A DNA stretch of 64,000 nucleotides from Candidatus Helarchaeota archaeon. Lineage in GTDB: Archaea > Asgardarchaeota > Lokiarchaeia > Helarchaeales > RDOG01. Each line of letters starts with the position of its first letter. Positions within the stretch are counted from its first letter, which is position 1. The translations under genes were made by a program, and so were the position numbers. The DNA lies in contig JAHPZH010000001.1 of the NCBI GenBank assembly GCA_019058315.1, positions 71,938-135,937 of the forward strand, read 5' to 3'. Shown here piece after piece: positions 19,620-29,700 of this stretch. A model generated the notes under the pieces. It was not told the DNA's origin. It worked only from the letters and a program-made list of their open reading frames with translations, and did not search any database.

Positions 19620-22085
19620 TTGATGAAAAAATGGATAAAAAAAGAGGAAAAGCAAATGAAAATTAAAAATTATTTATTTTTTACTATTATTCTAATTTCT
19701 TGTGTAGCACTTTCAAGTACACTACTCGATTCCCAAGTAACAATTCCAATTGAGACTATTTCAACGATTAAAAAGCAAAATAAATTATTGGATATAAATG
19801 CGATACTTGATAATATTACAGGAGAATGTAATGCAAGAATTTCTAATCTCTATCATTATGAGAATACCACATTTTCCCAATTCAATAATACAGATAATTT
19901 TACTGTAACTTATCCAGCAAATGGATCTTATCCGACAATAGATTTTGGTAATTTGACTCTTTCAAAATTATCCTTATTAACTATAGCAATGACTGATACT
20001 TTTGTGGAGAAACCAGTAGCTAATAACAGTTCAAGGGCAAAAAATGGAACTGAATTTTATAATGCATATCAACTTGCCCAAAATTTTTCTATTAATGAAA
20101 CATCTCAAGTAAGCAATTTCCATTTATATGTAAAATATCGAAATCTTGGAGCAGTCCTTCCTGGTATAGCTGGAATTGTGTTTGCTAATATTTATAGAGA
20201 AGAAGATTTTAATGGAACTGATTTTGAAGGTGACCCAGTAAATACATATGAGTTATACGGAGGTCTAGCCGATGGTGGAGGGGCGTGGCTCGAAGGTTGG
20301 CTACCAATCGAATTCAACAGTCTATTAGTAAAAGGTAATTATTTTCTAGTAACCTATGTTCAAAGTTTGAGTATAATTCTTAGCCCTAATAATAACAGTT
20401 GGCAAATTCAAAATTATTCAATCCCCTTTCAAGATAAAGGAGTAAGTATGTTTCAAAATGGTACTGGACATTGGAATAATATTTCGGAAGATGGGAATGC
20501 AGATTTTTTACTAACATTAGAAATTGCTCCATATATTGATCCGAGAAAATGGAATTTAACTTGTTATGTAGATAATCAAAAACTAGATCTTATTCATTAT
20601 GAAGAGCCAAATCCCCGTTTTCTAAAATTTCCTTGGACAAGTTACGTCGATTATTATCTTCCTTCTATTCCAAACCAAGATATTAATGTGACTTTTACAA
20701 CAAACCAAACTTTAGGTTGGGTAGTAGTTGGTGCTACATATAGATATATAAATTCTGTAGAAGCTAATGGAACTTTTATAGCTAATTTGAAAAGCCGTAA
20801 GTGGGTTATAAATTATACTTCAGTAAATTCGACTGCTGAAGTATTTCCAATATTTACTTTCCCCTCTGATTGGACAATCAACAAATTCTATAATAGATTT
20901 TATCAGGAAATTATAGAATATGGGATTATGTATTCGAGTATTTATAATGAAACACTTAATGGTCTTTATTATCCTGAAACAGGGGATGGGGAGACAACAT
21001 TTAACTTTTCGGCAATATTTACTTCCCATAATTATGTAAGTAGTATTAACCCCCAGCTCCGTTCTGGAGTTAACTTTAAGAACCAATTCAATTTTAAAGA
21101 AGGAGATACAATAAGATTACAAGCTATAATACAAGATTCTATAGAAAATCCCGCCTCGGGTGGAAATTGCAGTTTTTATATATTTAATCCCTCAAATAAT
21201 TCAATATATTTTGAAAATACAACTGCAATTAATGGTATAGCCAACTCGAATAATATATCAACTTCTGGTTGGGATATAGGCGATTATGTTATTGTAACTA
21301 CATGGACAAATGGGTCTGAAATAGGCTTTAGCTCATTTACATTTTCACTACAAGAGGAAAAAGTACCTTTAATTCCACCCCTTTTCGCAACACCAGAACC
21401 TATATGGTTGTATATTATTACTACTGCTTTAGTTGTGTCAATGGTAATGGTGGGAGGTCTAATAGTAAGACGTAAATTACAAGAGAGAAATTGGGAAAAA
21501 TCTCTTCTACACTTATTCATAATGGCAAAGGATGGGAGATCGATGTATAATTATCCATTTGGGCTTGTAACTAAAGATCCAACTTTAATTTCTGGTATGC
21601 TAACCGCTATGACAAGTTTTGTGAAAGAAACTGTCGGAAGTAAAAAACAATTAAGAACAATTGATCAACAAGATAAAAAAGTTATACTTGGGCATGGGGC
21701 TGTATCCACCGTAGCTGTGTTTGCTGAAAAGGATATATCTATTATCCATAATAAAACTGATGAGTTTCTAGAAGCATTTGAAAGAACGTATGGCTTCAAG
21801 ATAGAACACTGGGATGGATCAACTGAGGTGTTTAAAGGAGTAAATAAATTAGTGGAGAAATATTTTCCAGTTTCTGTTGAATCCAAAATTATCCAAGGCG
21901 TAAGTAGAGAGTTACTTGAATTGAAAGAACGTATAATGTCTACTAATGATCCTAATGAAATTCTTTCTTTACTACAAGAATTCGCAAGCTTAGCTGAAAG
22001 ATACCAAGATGTCATAAGAGAACATTTTAATAAAGAATATGGAGAAATTTTAAAAATTGCTAATAAAAAAATTCAAAATCAGTAA
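19620..22085 (+). CDS. single-pass receptor-like glycoprotein with a longin/roadblock-like cytoplasmic domain (paralog A)
   Basis: 821 aa. N-terminal anchor, a ~570-aa sequon-rich ectodomain, TM (IWLYIITTALVVSMVMVGGLIV), then a ~200-aa cytoplasmic domain (LLHLFIMAKDGRSMYNYPFG...DPTLISGMLTAMTSFVKE...) with a bb-a-bbb-a pattern. Confidence 0.75.
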   Translation: MMKKWIKKEEKQMKIKNYLFFTIILISCVALSSTLLDSQVTIPIETISTIKKQNKLLDINAILDNITGECNARISNLYHYENTTFSQFNNTDNFTVTYPANGSYPTIDFGNLTLSKLSLLTIAMTDTFVEKPVANNSSRAKNGTEFYNAYQLAQNFSINETSQVSNFHLYVKYRNLGAVLPGIAGIVFANIYREEDFNGTDFEGDPVNTYELYGGLADGGGAWLEGWLPIEFNSLLVKGNYFLVTYVQSLSIILSPNNNSWQIQNYSIPFQDKGVSMFQNGTGHWNNISEDGNADFLLTLEIAPYIDPRKWNLTCYVDNQKLDLIHYEEPNPRFLKFPWTSYVDYYLPSIPNQDINVTFTTNQTLGWVVVGATYRYINSVEANGTFIANLKSRKWVINYTSVNSTAEVFPIFTFPSDWTINKFYNRFYQEIIEYGIMYSSIYNETLNGLYYPETGDGETTFNFSAIFTSHNYVSSINPQLRSGVNFKNQFNFKEGDTIRLQAIIQDSIENPASGGNCSFYIFNPSNNSIYFENTTAINGIANSNNISTSGWDIGDYVIVTTWTNGSEIGFSSFTFSLQEEKVPLIPPLFATPEPIWLYIITTALVVSMVMVGGLIVRRKLQERNWEKSLLHLFIMAKDGRSMYNYPFGLVTKDPTLISGMLTAMTSFVKETVGSKKQLRTIDQQDKKVILGHGAVSTVAVFAEKDISIIHNKTDEFLEAFERTYGFKIEHWDGSTEVFKGVNKLVEKYFPVSVESKIIQGVSRELLELKERIMSTNDPNEILSLLQEFASLAERYQDVIREHFNKEYGEILKIANKKIQNQ

Positions 22086-22115
22086 TGTTCCATATTTCTT
22101 TATGGGGTAAAAATT

Positions 22116-24515
22116 ATGAGAAGAAAAAAAACCGTTTTTTGCTTTATATTATCAATATTTTTTGTTATTTGTTTCAATTCATTATTGATTTCACAAACTA
22201 TTGACTTATCTAAATTTGTTCGAATATCTGATAACCCTAATCAATTTTTAAAAATTAGCGCAATTCTCAATAACATTACAGGCAATTGCACTTCAGAAAT
22301 CTATAATTTACATGGTTTTGAAAATAATTCAATAGAAGGGTTCAACAATCCTATGAATTATACAAAAATGGTACCAGCTAATATAACGTTACCTAATTTT
22401 AACCATAGTTTAACTACTTCAAAATTTGAGTTTACTATAACCGCTATGACAGATCCTTTTACAACTTATAGCATAGCAAACGATACCTCAAATGCCATGA
22501 ATGCAACTGATGAAAATAATGCATACATGCTTGCTCAAAACTTTTCTATAGTTGAGCCTTCTCATATTGATTATATCTATCTATATCTAAATTATACAAG
22601 TTGGCTCCCTATAATTTGGGCTGGAATTGTAACTGTGTATATTTATAAAAGTGATCTGATTACCCCTGTTAATGAATATGGTATGTCAATTTTCTTACCA
22701 AATAGTGGAGGTTTTGGAAATTGGACCGCAGAATGGTTCAATGTTAGATTTAACAATATCTTACCAATAGGAAACTATTATTTAGTAATGTATACATCAA
22801 GTACAAGTATTAGGGCACCAAATAATAATAGCTGGCAAATTCAAAATTATACAAACCCAGATGATGATAAAGGGGCAACCTTAACAAAATATGGCAATGG
22901 TTCATGGATCCCAATTGAAAATGATGGTCATGCGGATTTCTTATTAATGATGAATAAATCTACATATGTTAGTCCTTATGATGTTAATCTATCTATTTAT
23001 GTTAATAATGATAAATTAAATTTAAATCATTATTATGAAGAAAATCCAACCTTTCTCAGATTTCCTTGGATAAGTAATGGGATATACTACATCCCTGCTG
23101 TTCCTACTAGTGATATCAACATAACAATTACGGTTGATCAAATTTTAGGATGGGGAGCAGTTATTACTACTACTAGATATGTCAAATTCTTACCAGCAGC
23201 CGGGAATTTTACAGCTTCGTTGGATAGTAGAAAGTGGTCTGTAAATTACACATCAATAAATTCTACTACTGCATTCCTTCCAGTATTTATCTTTCCTATA
23301 GACTGGTCTATTGATAAATTTTATAATAGATTTGGTCAGGAAGTAATAGAATATGGGATAATGTACTCGAAAGTTTATAATAAAACTTATAACGGTATTT
23401 ATTATCCAGAAACTGGAGATGGCGAAACTACATATAATTTTAGTGCCGAATTCACTTCTCTCAATTATGTAAGTAATATATTTCCTCAAATTTATAATGG
23501 AACTGGTTTCCAGACTCAATTCAGTTTTTATAAAGGAGATACAATAAGATTCCAAGCAAATATTCAAGATTCAGAAGGTAATTCGGCTATAAATGGAAAT
23601 TGTACATTTTATCTTTATAATCCCTCAAATAATCTAGAATATTCAGAAAATATTACGGTCGTGAATGGTATTGCTAATTCAGATAATCTAACTAATTTAC
23701 CTAGAGGCGAATATTTAATAATTGTAACTTGGACAAATGGCTCTCAAGTTGGTTTTAATTCATTCACATTTACAATTTCAACAGAAAAAGAATTTTATCC
23801 CTTTATCCCCCCTGCTCAACCAGAACCGATATGGTTATATATTATAACTACAGCTTTAATAGTTCTAACCGTCATGATTGGAGGTCTGATAGCTAGACGT
23901 AAATTACAAGAAAGGAACTGGGAAAAATCCTTACTGCATTTATTTATAATGAATAAAGATGGTCGAGCAATGTATGATTATCCTTTTGGGATAGAGCAAA
24001 AAGATCCAACTCTAATATCTGGTATGCTTACAGCTTTAACAAGTTTTATAAAAGAAACTGTTGGGAGTAAAAAGCAATTGAAAACGATTGATCAAGAAGA
24101 TAAAAAAGTTATACTTGGACATGGAACTTATAGCACTGTTGCAGTTTTTGCAGAAAAAGATCTACCTGTTATACATGAAAAGGCTGCTGAATTCTTAAAA
24201 ATATTTGAAGATTCTTTTTCATCGAAAATAAAACAATGGGATGGTTCAACCTCAATTTTTAAAGGAGTCAGTAGTATAGTTGAGAAATATTTTCCGATTT
24301 CGGCAGAAGCTAAAATTATTCAAGGCGTTGGGAAAGAACTATTATTATTAAAAGAAAGTATTAATTCGACTTCTGATCCACAAGAAGTAATTTCGTTATT
24401 ACAAAAAGTTACTGGATTAGCCGAAAGATATCAAGAAATTATAAGAGAACATTTTAATAAAGAATACGGCGAAATTTTAAAGATAGCAAATCAAAAAGTA
24501 ATCAAATTAGTCTAA
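22116..24515 (+). CDS. single-pass receptor-like glycoprotein with a longin/roadblock-like cytoplasmic domain (paralog B)
   Basis: 799 aa, collinear with 19620-22085. The ectodomain is moderately conserved. The TM and cytoplasmic domain are highly conserved (RRKLQERNWEKSLLHLFIM-KDGR-MY-YPFG...EHFNKEYGEILKIAN). Confidence 0.75.
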   Translation: MRRKKTVFCFILSIFFVICFNSLLISQTIDLSKFVRISDNPNQFLKISAILNNITGNCTSEIYNLHGFENNSIEGFNNPMNYTKMVPANITLPNFNHSLTTSKFEFTITAMTDPFTTYSIANDTSNAMNATDENNAYMLAQNFSIVEPSHIDYIYLYLNYTSWLPIIWAGIVTVYIYKSDLITPVNEYGMSIFLPNSGGFGNWTAEWFNVRFNNILPIGNYYLVMYTSSTSIRAPNNNSWQIQNYTNPDDDKGATLTKYGNGSWIPIENDGHADFLLMMNKSTYVSPYDVNLSIYVNNDKLNLNHYYEENPTFLRFPWISNGIYYIPAVPTSDINITITVDQILGWGAVITTTRYVKFLPAAGNFTASLDSRKWSVNYTSINSTTAFLPVFIFPIDWSIDKFYNRFGQEVIEYGIMYSKVYNKTYNGIYYPETGDGETTYNFSAEFTSLNYVSNIFPQIYNGTGFQTQFSFYKGDTIRFQANIQDSEGNSAINGNCTFYLYNPSNNLEYSENITVVNGIANSDNLTNLPRGEYLIIVTWTNGSQVGFNSFTFTISTEKEFYPFIPPAQPEPIWLYIITTALIVLTVMIGGLIARRKLQERNWEKSLLHLFIMNKDGRAMYDYPFGIEQKDPTLISGMLTALTSFIKETVGSKKQLKTIDQEDKKVILGHGTYSTVAVFAEKDLPVIHEKAAEFLKIFEDSFSSKIKQWDGSTSIFKGVSSIVEKYFPISAEAKIIQGVGKELLLLKESINSTSDPQEVISLLQKVTGLAERYQEIIREHFNKEYGEILKIANQKVIKLV

Positions 24516-24601
24516 ATTCATTCTGTATGAATCTCAAAGTAATAGATTTAAGAATACATTTTTTTAGCAAAAATATATCAAGATTAATTTATATTTTTTA
24601 A

Positions 24602-25099
24602 ATGAAGAACTGGAATAAATTATTAATCATTAAGTGGAGTAGAAATAAGATGGAAGAACTTTTTAAATCTATGGAAAAAAGGATATCTAACTTAAAGAAG
24701 TTAAGTGAATTAATGGTACAAATGAAGGATATTTCTCAATTAATTAAAGGCGACATTCAAAAACTTGATGATTTCAAGGATATGATAAAAGTTAACGAGT
24801 TAGACGAATGGTCTTTTAGTTTAATAAAGAATTTGCAGGAAATTGAAAAAACACAAGCTATTGAAATAGGAAAAGCCGACTTAAAACTAAGTGATTATAA
24901 TTTTCTTAATTGGGAAAATGTGCGTAAAGGACTTTCCGAAAGGGGTGTAAAAGTGATTAAGGATGAACAAGTAAAGCACTTTTTTAATAATGCAATGGTC
25001 ATTGCAATGCAATATTTCACATCCAAGGAAAAAGCAAGAGATAAAGCCAAAAAATTAGTTAAAGAAAGCCGAAAACAAATTAAAAAAAGAAAAAAATAA
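24602..25099 (+). CDS. hypothetical coiled-coil protein
   Basis: 165-aa Lys/Glu-rich ORF with no recognisable motifs. Coding status rests on ORF length alone in AT-rich DNA. Confidence 0.4.
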   Translation: MKNWNKLLIIKWSRNKMEELFKSMEKRISNLKKLSELMVQMKDISQLIKGDIQKLDDFKDMIKVNELDEWSFSLIKNLQEIEKTQAIEIGKADLKLSDYNFLNWENVRKGLSERGVKVIKDEQVKHFFNNAMVIAMQYFTSKEKARDKAKKLVKESRKQIKKRKK

Positions 25100-25271
25100 T
25101 CCAGAAGATTTTTTAGCCAAAAAATTAATTGCAAATAAAAAAATCTAAATTTTTTTATTTTTTCTGAAGTATTTTTTCATTTCATCAATTTTTCTCAATT
25201 TTGCAAAAATCTAAAAAATAATTTTAGAAATTATTAAATGAAATTCAAATTTATTTACATGGAAGCTTAAA

Positions 25272-27026
25272 ATGTCGACTAATCAAGAGAATGCAGTTGA
25301 AGTAACGGATTTATTGAAATATTATAATCTTTCGTCTGGTGAAAGATTAACAGCATTAGATTCTATATCTTTTAATTTAAAAACTTCCGAAATCGTAGGT
25401 ATAATAGGTAAATCTGGCGGAGGTAAAACTACCTTACTTAGAATATTAAGAGGGGTTGAACCTTTTAATGGAGGAAAATTCATTCTTCGTGATAAAAATG
25501 GTGAAATTATTTTAACTCCTGATTCACCTGAAAGTCTCTTCCGTGAAGCAAAAAAGAAGACAGTTATACATTTACAACGTTCCTTTGGTCTATGGGCCAC
25601 AACTGCTTTAGATAATGTAATGAGAAGATTAAATGCTCTAAAGACTGACGATGAAACTGCTCCATTACCAGAAGATTATACAAGTGAATATCAAGAGCTG
25701 AAGGAGAAAGCCCTTGAAATTTTAGATGCAGTAAAATTAAAACATAAAGCGGATCAAGTTGCTCCTGTTATGAGTGGTGGGGAAAAACAACGTCTAGTGT
25801 TAGCTCGACAATTAGCAATTGCAGGTTCCGAAAGAAATATGGGGAAAATATTGCTTCTGGATGAACCTGTTACTATGTCTGACCCATTAACTAAACAAAT
25901 TTCATTAGATTATATAAAGGAATTAAGAAACAAGTATAATCTTTCTATTCTTGTAGCCAGTCACCACCCCCAGTTATTGGAGTACTTAAGTGATAGAATA
26001 ATATGGTTAGAAAAGGGTAAAATTATCAAGATAGGAGATCCAAAGGAAATTGTCAAAGGATTTTTAGATAAAATGCCTGATCCAATTCCTTTAGAACCTC
26101 TTAAATCAAAAAAACCGATAATATCAGTTAAAAATGTTTCTAGGAAATTTTATACGCCTGAAGTGTTAAAGTTAGAGTTCGATATGTCAAACATAAATTT
26201 TGAAGTTTTTGACAGTGAAATTCTGGGTATAATAGGTCCTTCTGGAATTGGAAAAACAGTATTATTAGAATTACTTTCTGGAGTAACTTTACCAAAAGAT
26301 GGCGAAGTACTTTACAATATTATTGGTAAAAACGTCAATATCGGTGTGTTAGGAGAAGAAGCAATGATGTCAAGACGTAATATAAGTTATGTTAGACAAG
26401 AACTTTCGCTTACTCATAATGCAATAGTTAAAGATTTAGCTGCTGCTACATTAGGTCTTAAGGGAGAAAGAGCACTCTATAATGCCAGAAAAAAAGCGAA
26501 AGAACTTAATATTCGTGAAGAGATAATTGATGTTCTTCACCGGTTAAGTGATCTTCCCGATTCTGAGGTGAATATAAGATTGGAAAAACTTGGTTTAGAT
26601 AAAAGTATAATTCATGATTTGTTTCCAATACCTCCATGGTCAGCTATTTCAGACATAGTAATACCTATTTTTAACGAATTTGATCTCCCTTCAAAAATAT
26701 TAGAACGTAAAACGCAAGAACTTTCTGGCGGTGAAAGTATAAGAGTTGCAATTGCATTAGCTCTGCTCTCCAGCCCAAAGGTAATTATTTTAGATGAACC
26801 ATTTGGTGATTTAGATCCTAATACATTACGAAATTTAGCAAATATGATAAAAAGAGTAAATAAAATGGATGTAACCATAATAATTGTTTCTCATCATACA
26901 GAATTTCTTAAAGAAGTCACACATCGTGTTATTTATATGAAGGAAGGAAAGCTTCTTAAAATTGGAGACCCTGATGAAATTACTAAGGAATTTTTAAAGG
27001 ATAGTAGTGCAGAATTCATGTATTAA
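25272..27026 (+). CDS. tandem-NBD ABC-type ATPase without a permease domain (AtwA/component-A2-like or ABC-F-like)
   Basis: Two ABC cassettes. Cassette 1: GKSGGGKTT / MSGGEKQR / LLLDEP. Cassette 2: GPSGIGKTV / LSGGESIR / IILDEP. No hydrophobic segments. Confidence 0.8.
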   Translation: MSTNQENAVEVTDLLKYYNLSSGERLTALDSISFNLKTSEIVGIIGKSGGGKTTLLRILRGVEPFNGGKFILRDKNGEIILTPDSPESLFREAKKKTVIHLQRSFGLWATTALDNVMRRLNALKTDDETAPLPEDYTSEYQELKEKALEILDAVKLKHKADQVAPVMSGGEKQRLVLARQLAIAGSERNMGKILLLDEPVTMSDPLTKQISLDYIKELRNKYNLSILVASHHPQLLEYLSDRIIWLEKGKIIKIGDPKEIVKGFLDKMPDPIPLEPLKSKKPIISVKNVSRKFYTPEVLKLEFDMSNINFEVFDSEILGIIGPSGIGKTVLLELLSGVTLPKDGEVLYNIIGKNVNIGVLGEEAMMSRRNISYVRQELSLTHNAIVKDLAAATLGLKGERALYNARKKAKELNIREEIIDVLHRLSDLPDSEVNIRLEKLGLDKSIIHDLFPIPPWSAISDIVIPIFNEFDLPSKILERKTQELSGGESIRVAIALALLSSPKVIILDEPFGDLDPNTLRNLANMIKRVNKMDVTIIIVSHHTEFLKEVTHRVIYMKEGKLLKIGDPDEITKEFLKDSSAEFMY

Positions 27027-27037
27027 GAGGGAAAATA

Positions 27038-28309
27038 ATGTCGAAGCTTACTCCAGAACAACAAAAAAAATATGATAAAGCTCTAAAATTATATGCCAAA
27101 GCAGAGAAAATGATTGCAAAACAGAAATTTGATAAAGCAAAAGATAACTTCAAAAAAGCGATTAATGAATTCTATTCAATGCAGGCATATGCACAAGCCC
27201 AGAAAATTATTAATAAATTTGTAGAATCCGCTTTAATAGAAAAAGAATATCAAGAAGCCGCTGTTGCCTTGTATCAAGCTGCAAATATCGCCTTAATTGA
27301 AAATAAGGTCAAAAAAGCACTAGAAAATTATAAATCATCAATTAATTTTTTTATAGAACAATCAGGATTTAGCAAGAAAAATGAAGATATAAAATATAAC
27401 GCTTTATGCCTTTCTCCTCTTTGTGAAGCCGCATTAGGTAAATTTGAGTATGCAATTGATTATTTTAAAACAAACCTTAATCAAATTCCTCGCCGATTTA
27501 GAATCAAACTCCCAATTGTTGATTTTTGCACTTCAATTTTTAATACGCTTATTACTAAAAAGATTGAAAATCTAAATAATTCTAAAACAATTTTAAAAGA
27601 TTTAAAGTTACTAGAAGGCGAAACAATATTACTCGAAAATCTCATAAGTATTGCTGAACTTTATGTAAAAACTAAAATCGAATCTCGTCTAAATAAAGAA
27701 AAAATAGAAGCAGGGGATAGTTTTTCTTTAAATATTTCATTAAACTCGCCTGAAAATATAGAAATTCTTAAATATTATTTGGATTATGACACACAACGAT
27801 TAGAATTAACTAATGTACCAAAAATTTCTGAGAATAAACCTATTGAATTTATATTCGATGCTAAAGTTCAAGGGAAGGCAAAATTTGGACCTCTTTTATT
27901 AACATGTAAGGCAAAAGAAATAGAGTTTCCTTTTAAATATCAAAGCATTTTAAACATATTACCAGGGAGACCAAGACTTCAAATAGATGCTCAAAGTGAG
28001 ATAAATATATTCGAGGGTGATGCCTTTGATTTTGATTTCGAAATAACAAATAGAGGTAAAGGAGAGGCTATTAATTTAGCTGTAACACTTGAGGTTCCCG
28101 AAGAAATTATGATCATAGCAGGCACTAAAGAAAAAAAACTTTATTCCCTAAATTCTCAAGAAAATTATATTTTCACATTTCCTCTACAAGCCATAAAGAG
28201 CGGAGCTTATGAAGGAAAAATCCTTATTAGTTTTGAAATTCCTCGAGGTATTTCTAGTAAGCCGGAAGAGATAGAGGAAGTAAAAACAATTAATTTTAAA
28301 GTTACTTAA
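27038..28309 (+). CDS. hypothetical protein: helical-repeat N-terminus plus two beta-sandwich (CARDB/NEW3-like) C-terminal domains
   Basis: 423 aa. The start is 11 nt after the ABC ATPase stop. The C-terminal pattern FEITNRGKGEAINLAVTLEVPEEI is typical of CARDB-like domains. No signal peptide seen. Confidence 0.5.
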   Translation: MSKLTPEQQKKYDKALKLYAKAEKMIAKQKFDKAKDNFKKAINEFYSMQAYAQAQKIINKFVESALIEKEYQEAAVALYQAANIALIENKVKKALENYKSSINFFIEQSGFSKKNEDIKYNALCLSPLCEAALGKFEYAIDYFKTNLNQIPRRFRIKLPIVDFCTSIFNTLITKKIENLNNSKTILKDLKLLEGETILLENLISIAELYVKTKIESRLNKEKIEAGDSFSLNISLNSPENIEILKYYLDYDTQRLELTNVPKISENKPIEFIFDAKVQGKAKFGPLLLTCKAKEIEFPFKYQSILNILPGRPRLQIDAQSEINIFEGDAFDFDFEITNRGKGEAINLAVTLEVPEEIMIIAGTKEKKLYSLNSQENYIFTFPLQAIKSGAYEGKILISFEIPRGISSKPEEIEEVKTINFKVT

Positions 28310-28370
28310 TAAAAAATAATATTATTATCATAATTTATTTTTAAAAATAACTCAATAATTTGTTTATAAG

Positions 28371-28910
28371 TTATAAAGCGAGCCCGAATTCATAAGCGTT
28401 TTTTAATTCTTTTTGATTATTTTTAATCTCTCCCCTCTCATAAGCAGATGCTAGTATCTTACCTGCAAATTCCATCCCCAAATAATCAAAAGACATTTTA
28501 AACATCTCAATTAATGGTCCACAAGCTTTTGGTCCTTCTTCTGATGGGGAAACAATAACTCCTTTTTTATTCTTTAATTTCTTAGTTTCAATAAACGGTC
28601 GCATTCTATCAATTAAAAGCTTCATCTGTCCAGTTGGGCCGTACCAATATATTGGAGTCCCAAAGATTATTAGATCGGCATTTTCCATCTTCGAATAAAT
28701 TTCATGCATCATATCTTCTATAGTACAAATGAATAATCCTCTTTTACAATTACGACAATCGATACATGGAAGAATTTCATAATCATATAAGTAAATTTTT
28801 TCACTTATATGTCCATTCTCTTTAGCCCCCTCTAATATTTTTTCAACTAATATATCCGTATTGCTCCCTTTCCTAGGGCTTCCAATTAAAGCTAAAATCT
28901 TCATAGTCAA
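28371..28910 (-). CDS. flavodoxin-fold NAD(P)H-dependent FMN reductase / iron-sulfur flavoprotein (Isf-like)
   Basis: MKILALIGSPRKGSNT N-terminus, a Cys cluster LPCIDCRNCKRGLFIC, and GTPIYWYGPTG. Confidence 0.75.
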   Translation of the reverse strand: MTMKILALIGSPRKGSNTDILVEKILEGAKENGHISEKIYLYDYEILPCIDCRNCKRGLFICTIEDMMHEIYSKMENADLIIFGTPIYWYGPTGQMKLLIDRMRPFIETKKLKNKKGVIVSPSEEGPKACGPLIEMFKMSFDYLGMEFAGKILASAYERGEIKNNQKELKNAYEFGLAL

Positions 28911-28935
28911 TCATTAAAATAGAGGGAAAATTTAA

Positions 28936-29628
28936 TCATACCTTTAAATCAAAAAACAAGTCAATTCCATATTTATCATAAAGCTCATCAATCAGGTAAA
29001 TCAATGGGTTTAAATGACTTTTATAACGATCCCAAACAAGATGAGTTGTTTTTTCTCTTCTTTGTGCAAAATGTAAGAATCCCTCGCTATCAAAACATGG
29101 ATCTTTTGGTCGGGGCGTTACTTGAATCGTAGGAGGAACATCTGGATATTCTGCATTGAATAAAATTTTCGAAACTCTTACCACACCATCTCTCCATTTA
29201 GATGATACATAAATACCCTTTTCCGGGCGTTTTTTATCTATGTATTTCCATTCACTACCGTTTATTTCCACTATGTATTTTAGATGGGTTTTAAACAACT
29301 CAGTTCCACTTTTAATTTTACTAGAAATACTCCCACCTATGGGTTCCGGAATCCAGTATATCTTATCTGTGTCTTGTGCTATTTCCCCTATCGTGTTGCG
29401 AAGAGATATTGGTACTTTTCGACCTTGTGTAATATAGTAAAGTTTTATTGTTAGCATGTTAATTCCGACGTTTCTAACATTGCCATATCCTAAATTTAAA
29501 ACGTCTAAGATTCGATCATTATATTTCCATAATAATCTACTGGCAACATCCCTGATAATCTCATCTTCTTGAGATTCAACATAATCTGTGGTCCCAATAA
29601 GTGGATTAACCCAAGTTATTTCTTTCAA
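28936..29628 (-). CDS. two-domain protein: N-terminal ~99-aa domain ending in Gly-Gly, fused to a UBC/E2-like (or RWD-like) domain
   Basis: 230 aa. The C-terminal ILFNAEYPDVPPTIQVTPRPKDPCFDSEGFLHF resembles the E2 core (YPxxPP...HPN...C) and has a conserved Cys178. The N-domain ends ...YWIPEPIGG(98-99). It is a paralog of the 30585-31295 pair. Confidence 0.5.
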   Translation of the reverse strand: MKEITWVNPLIGTTDYVESQEDEIIRDVASRLLWKYNDRILDVLNLGYGNVRNVGINMLTIKLYYITQGRKVPISLRNTIGEIAQDTDKIYWIPEPIGGSISSKIKSGTELFKTHLKYIVEINGSEWKYIDKKRPEKGIYVSSKWRDGVVRVSKILFNAEYPDVPPTIQVTPRPKDPCFDSEGFLHFAQRREKTTHLVWDRYKSHLNPLIYLIDELYDKYGIDLFFDLKV

Positions 29629-29700
29629 TGTGTTTCCGTCTTTAATTTATTATCAATTATTTAGAAATTAAAATTAATATTTATAAATTAGGTTTTTAAT

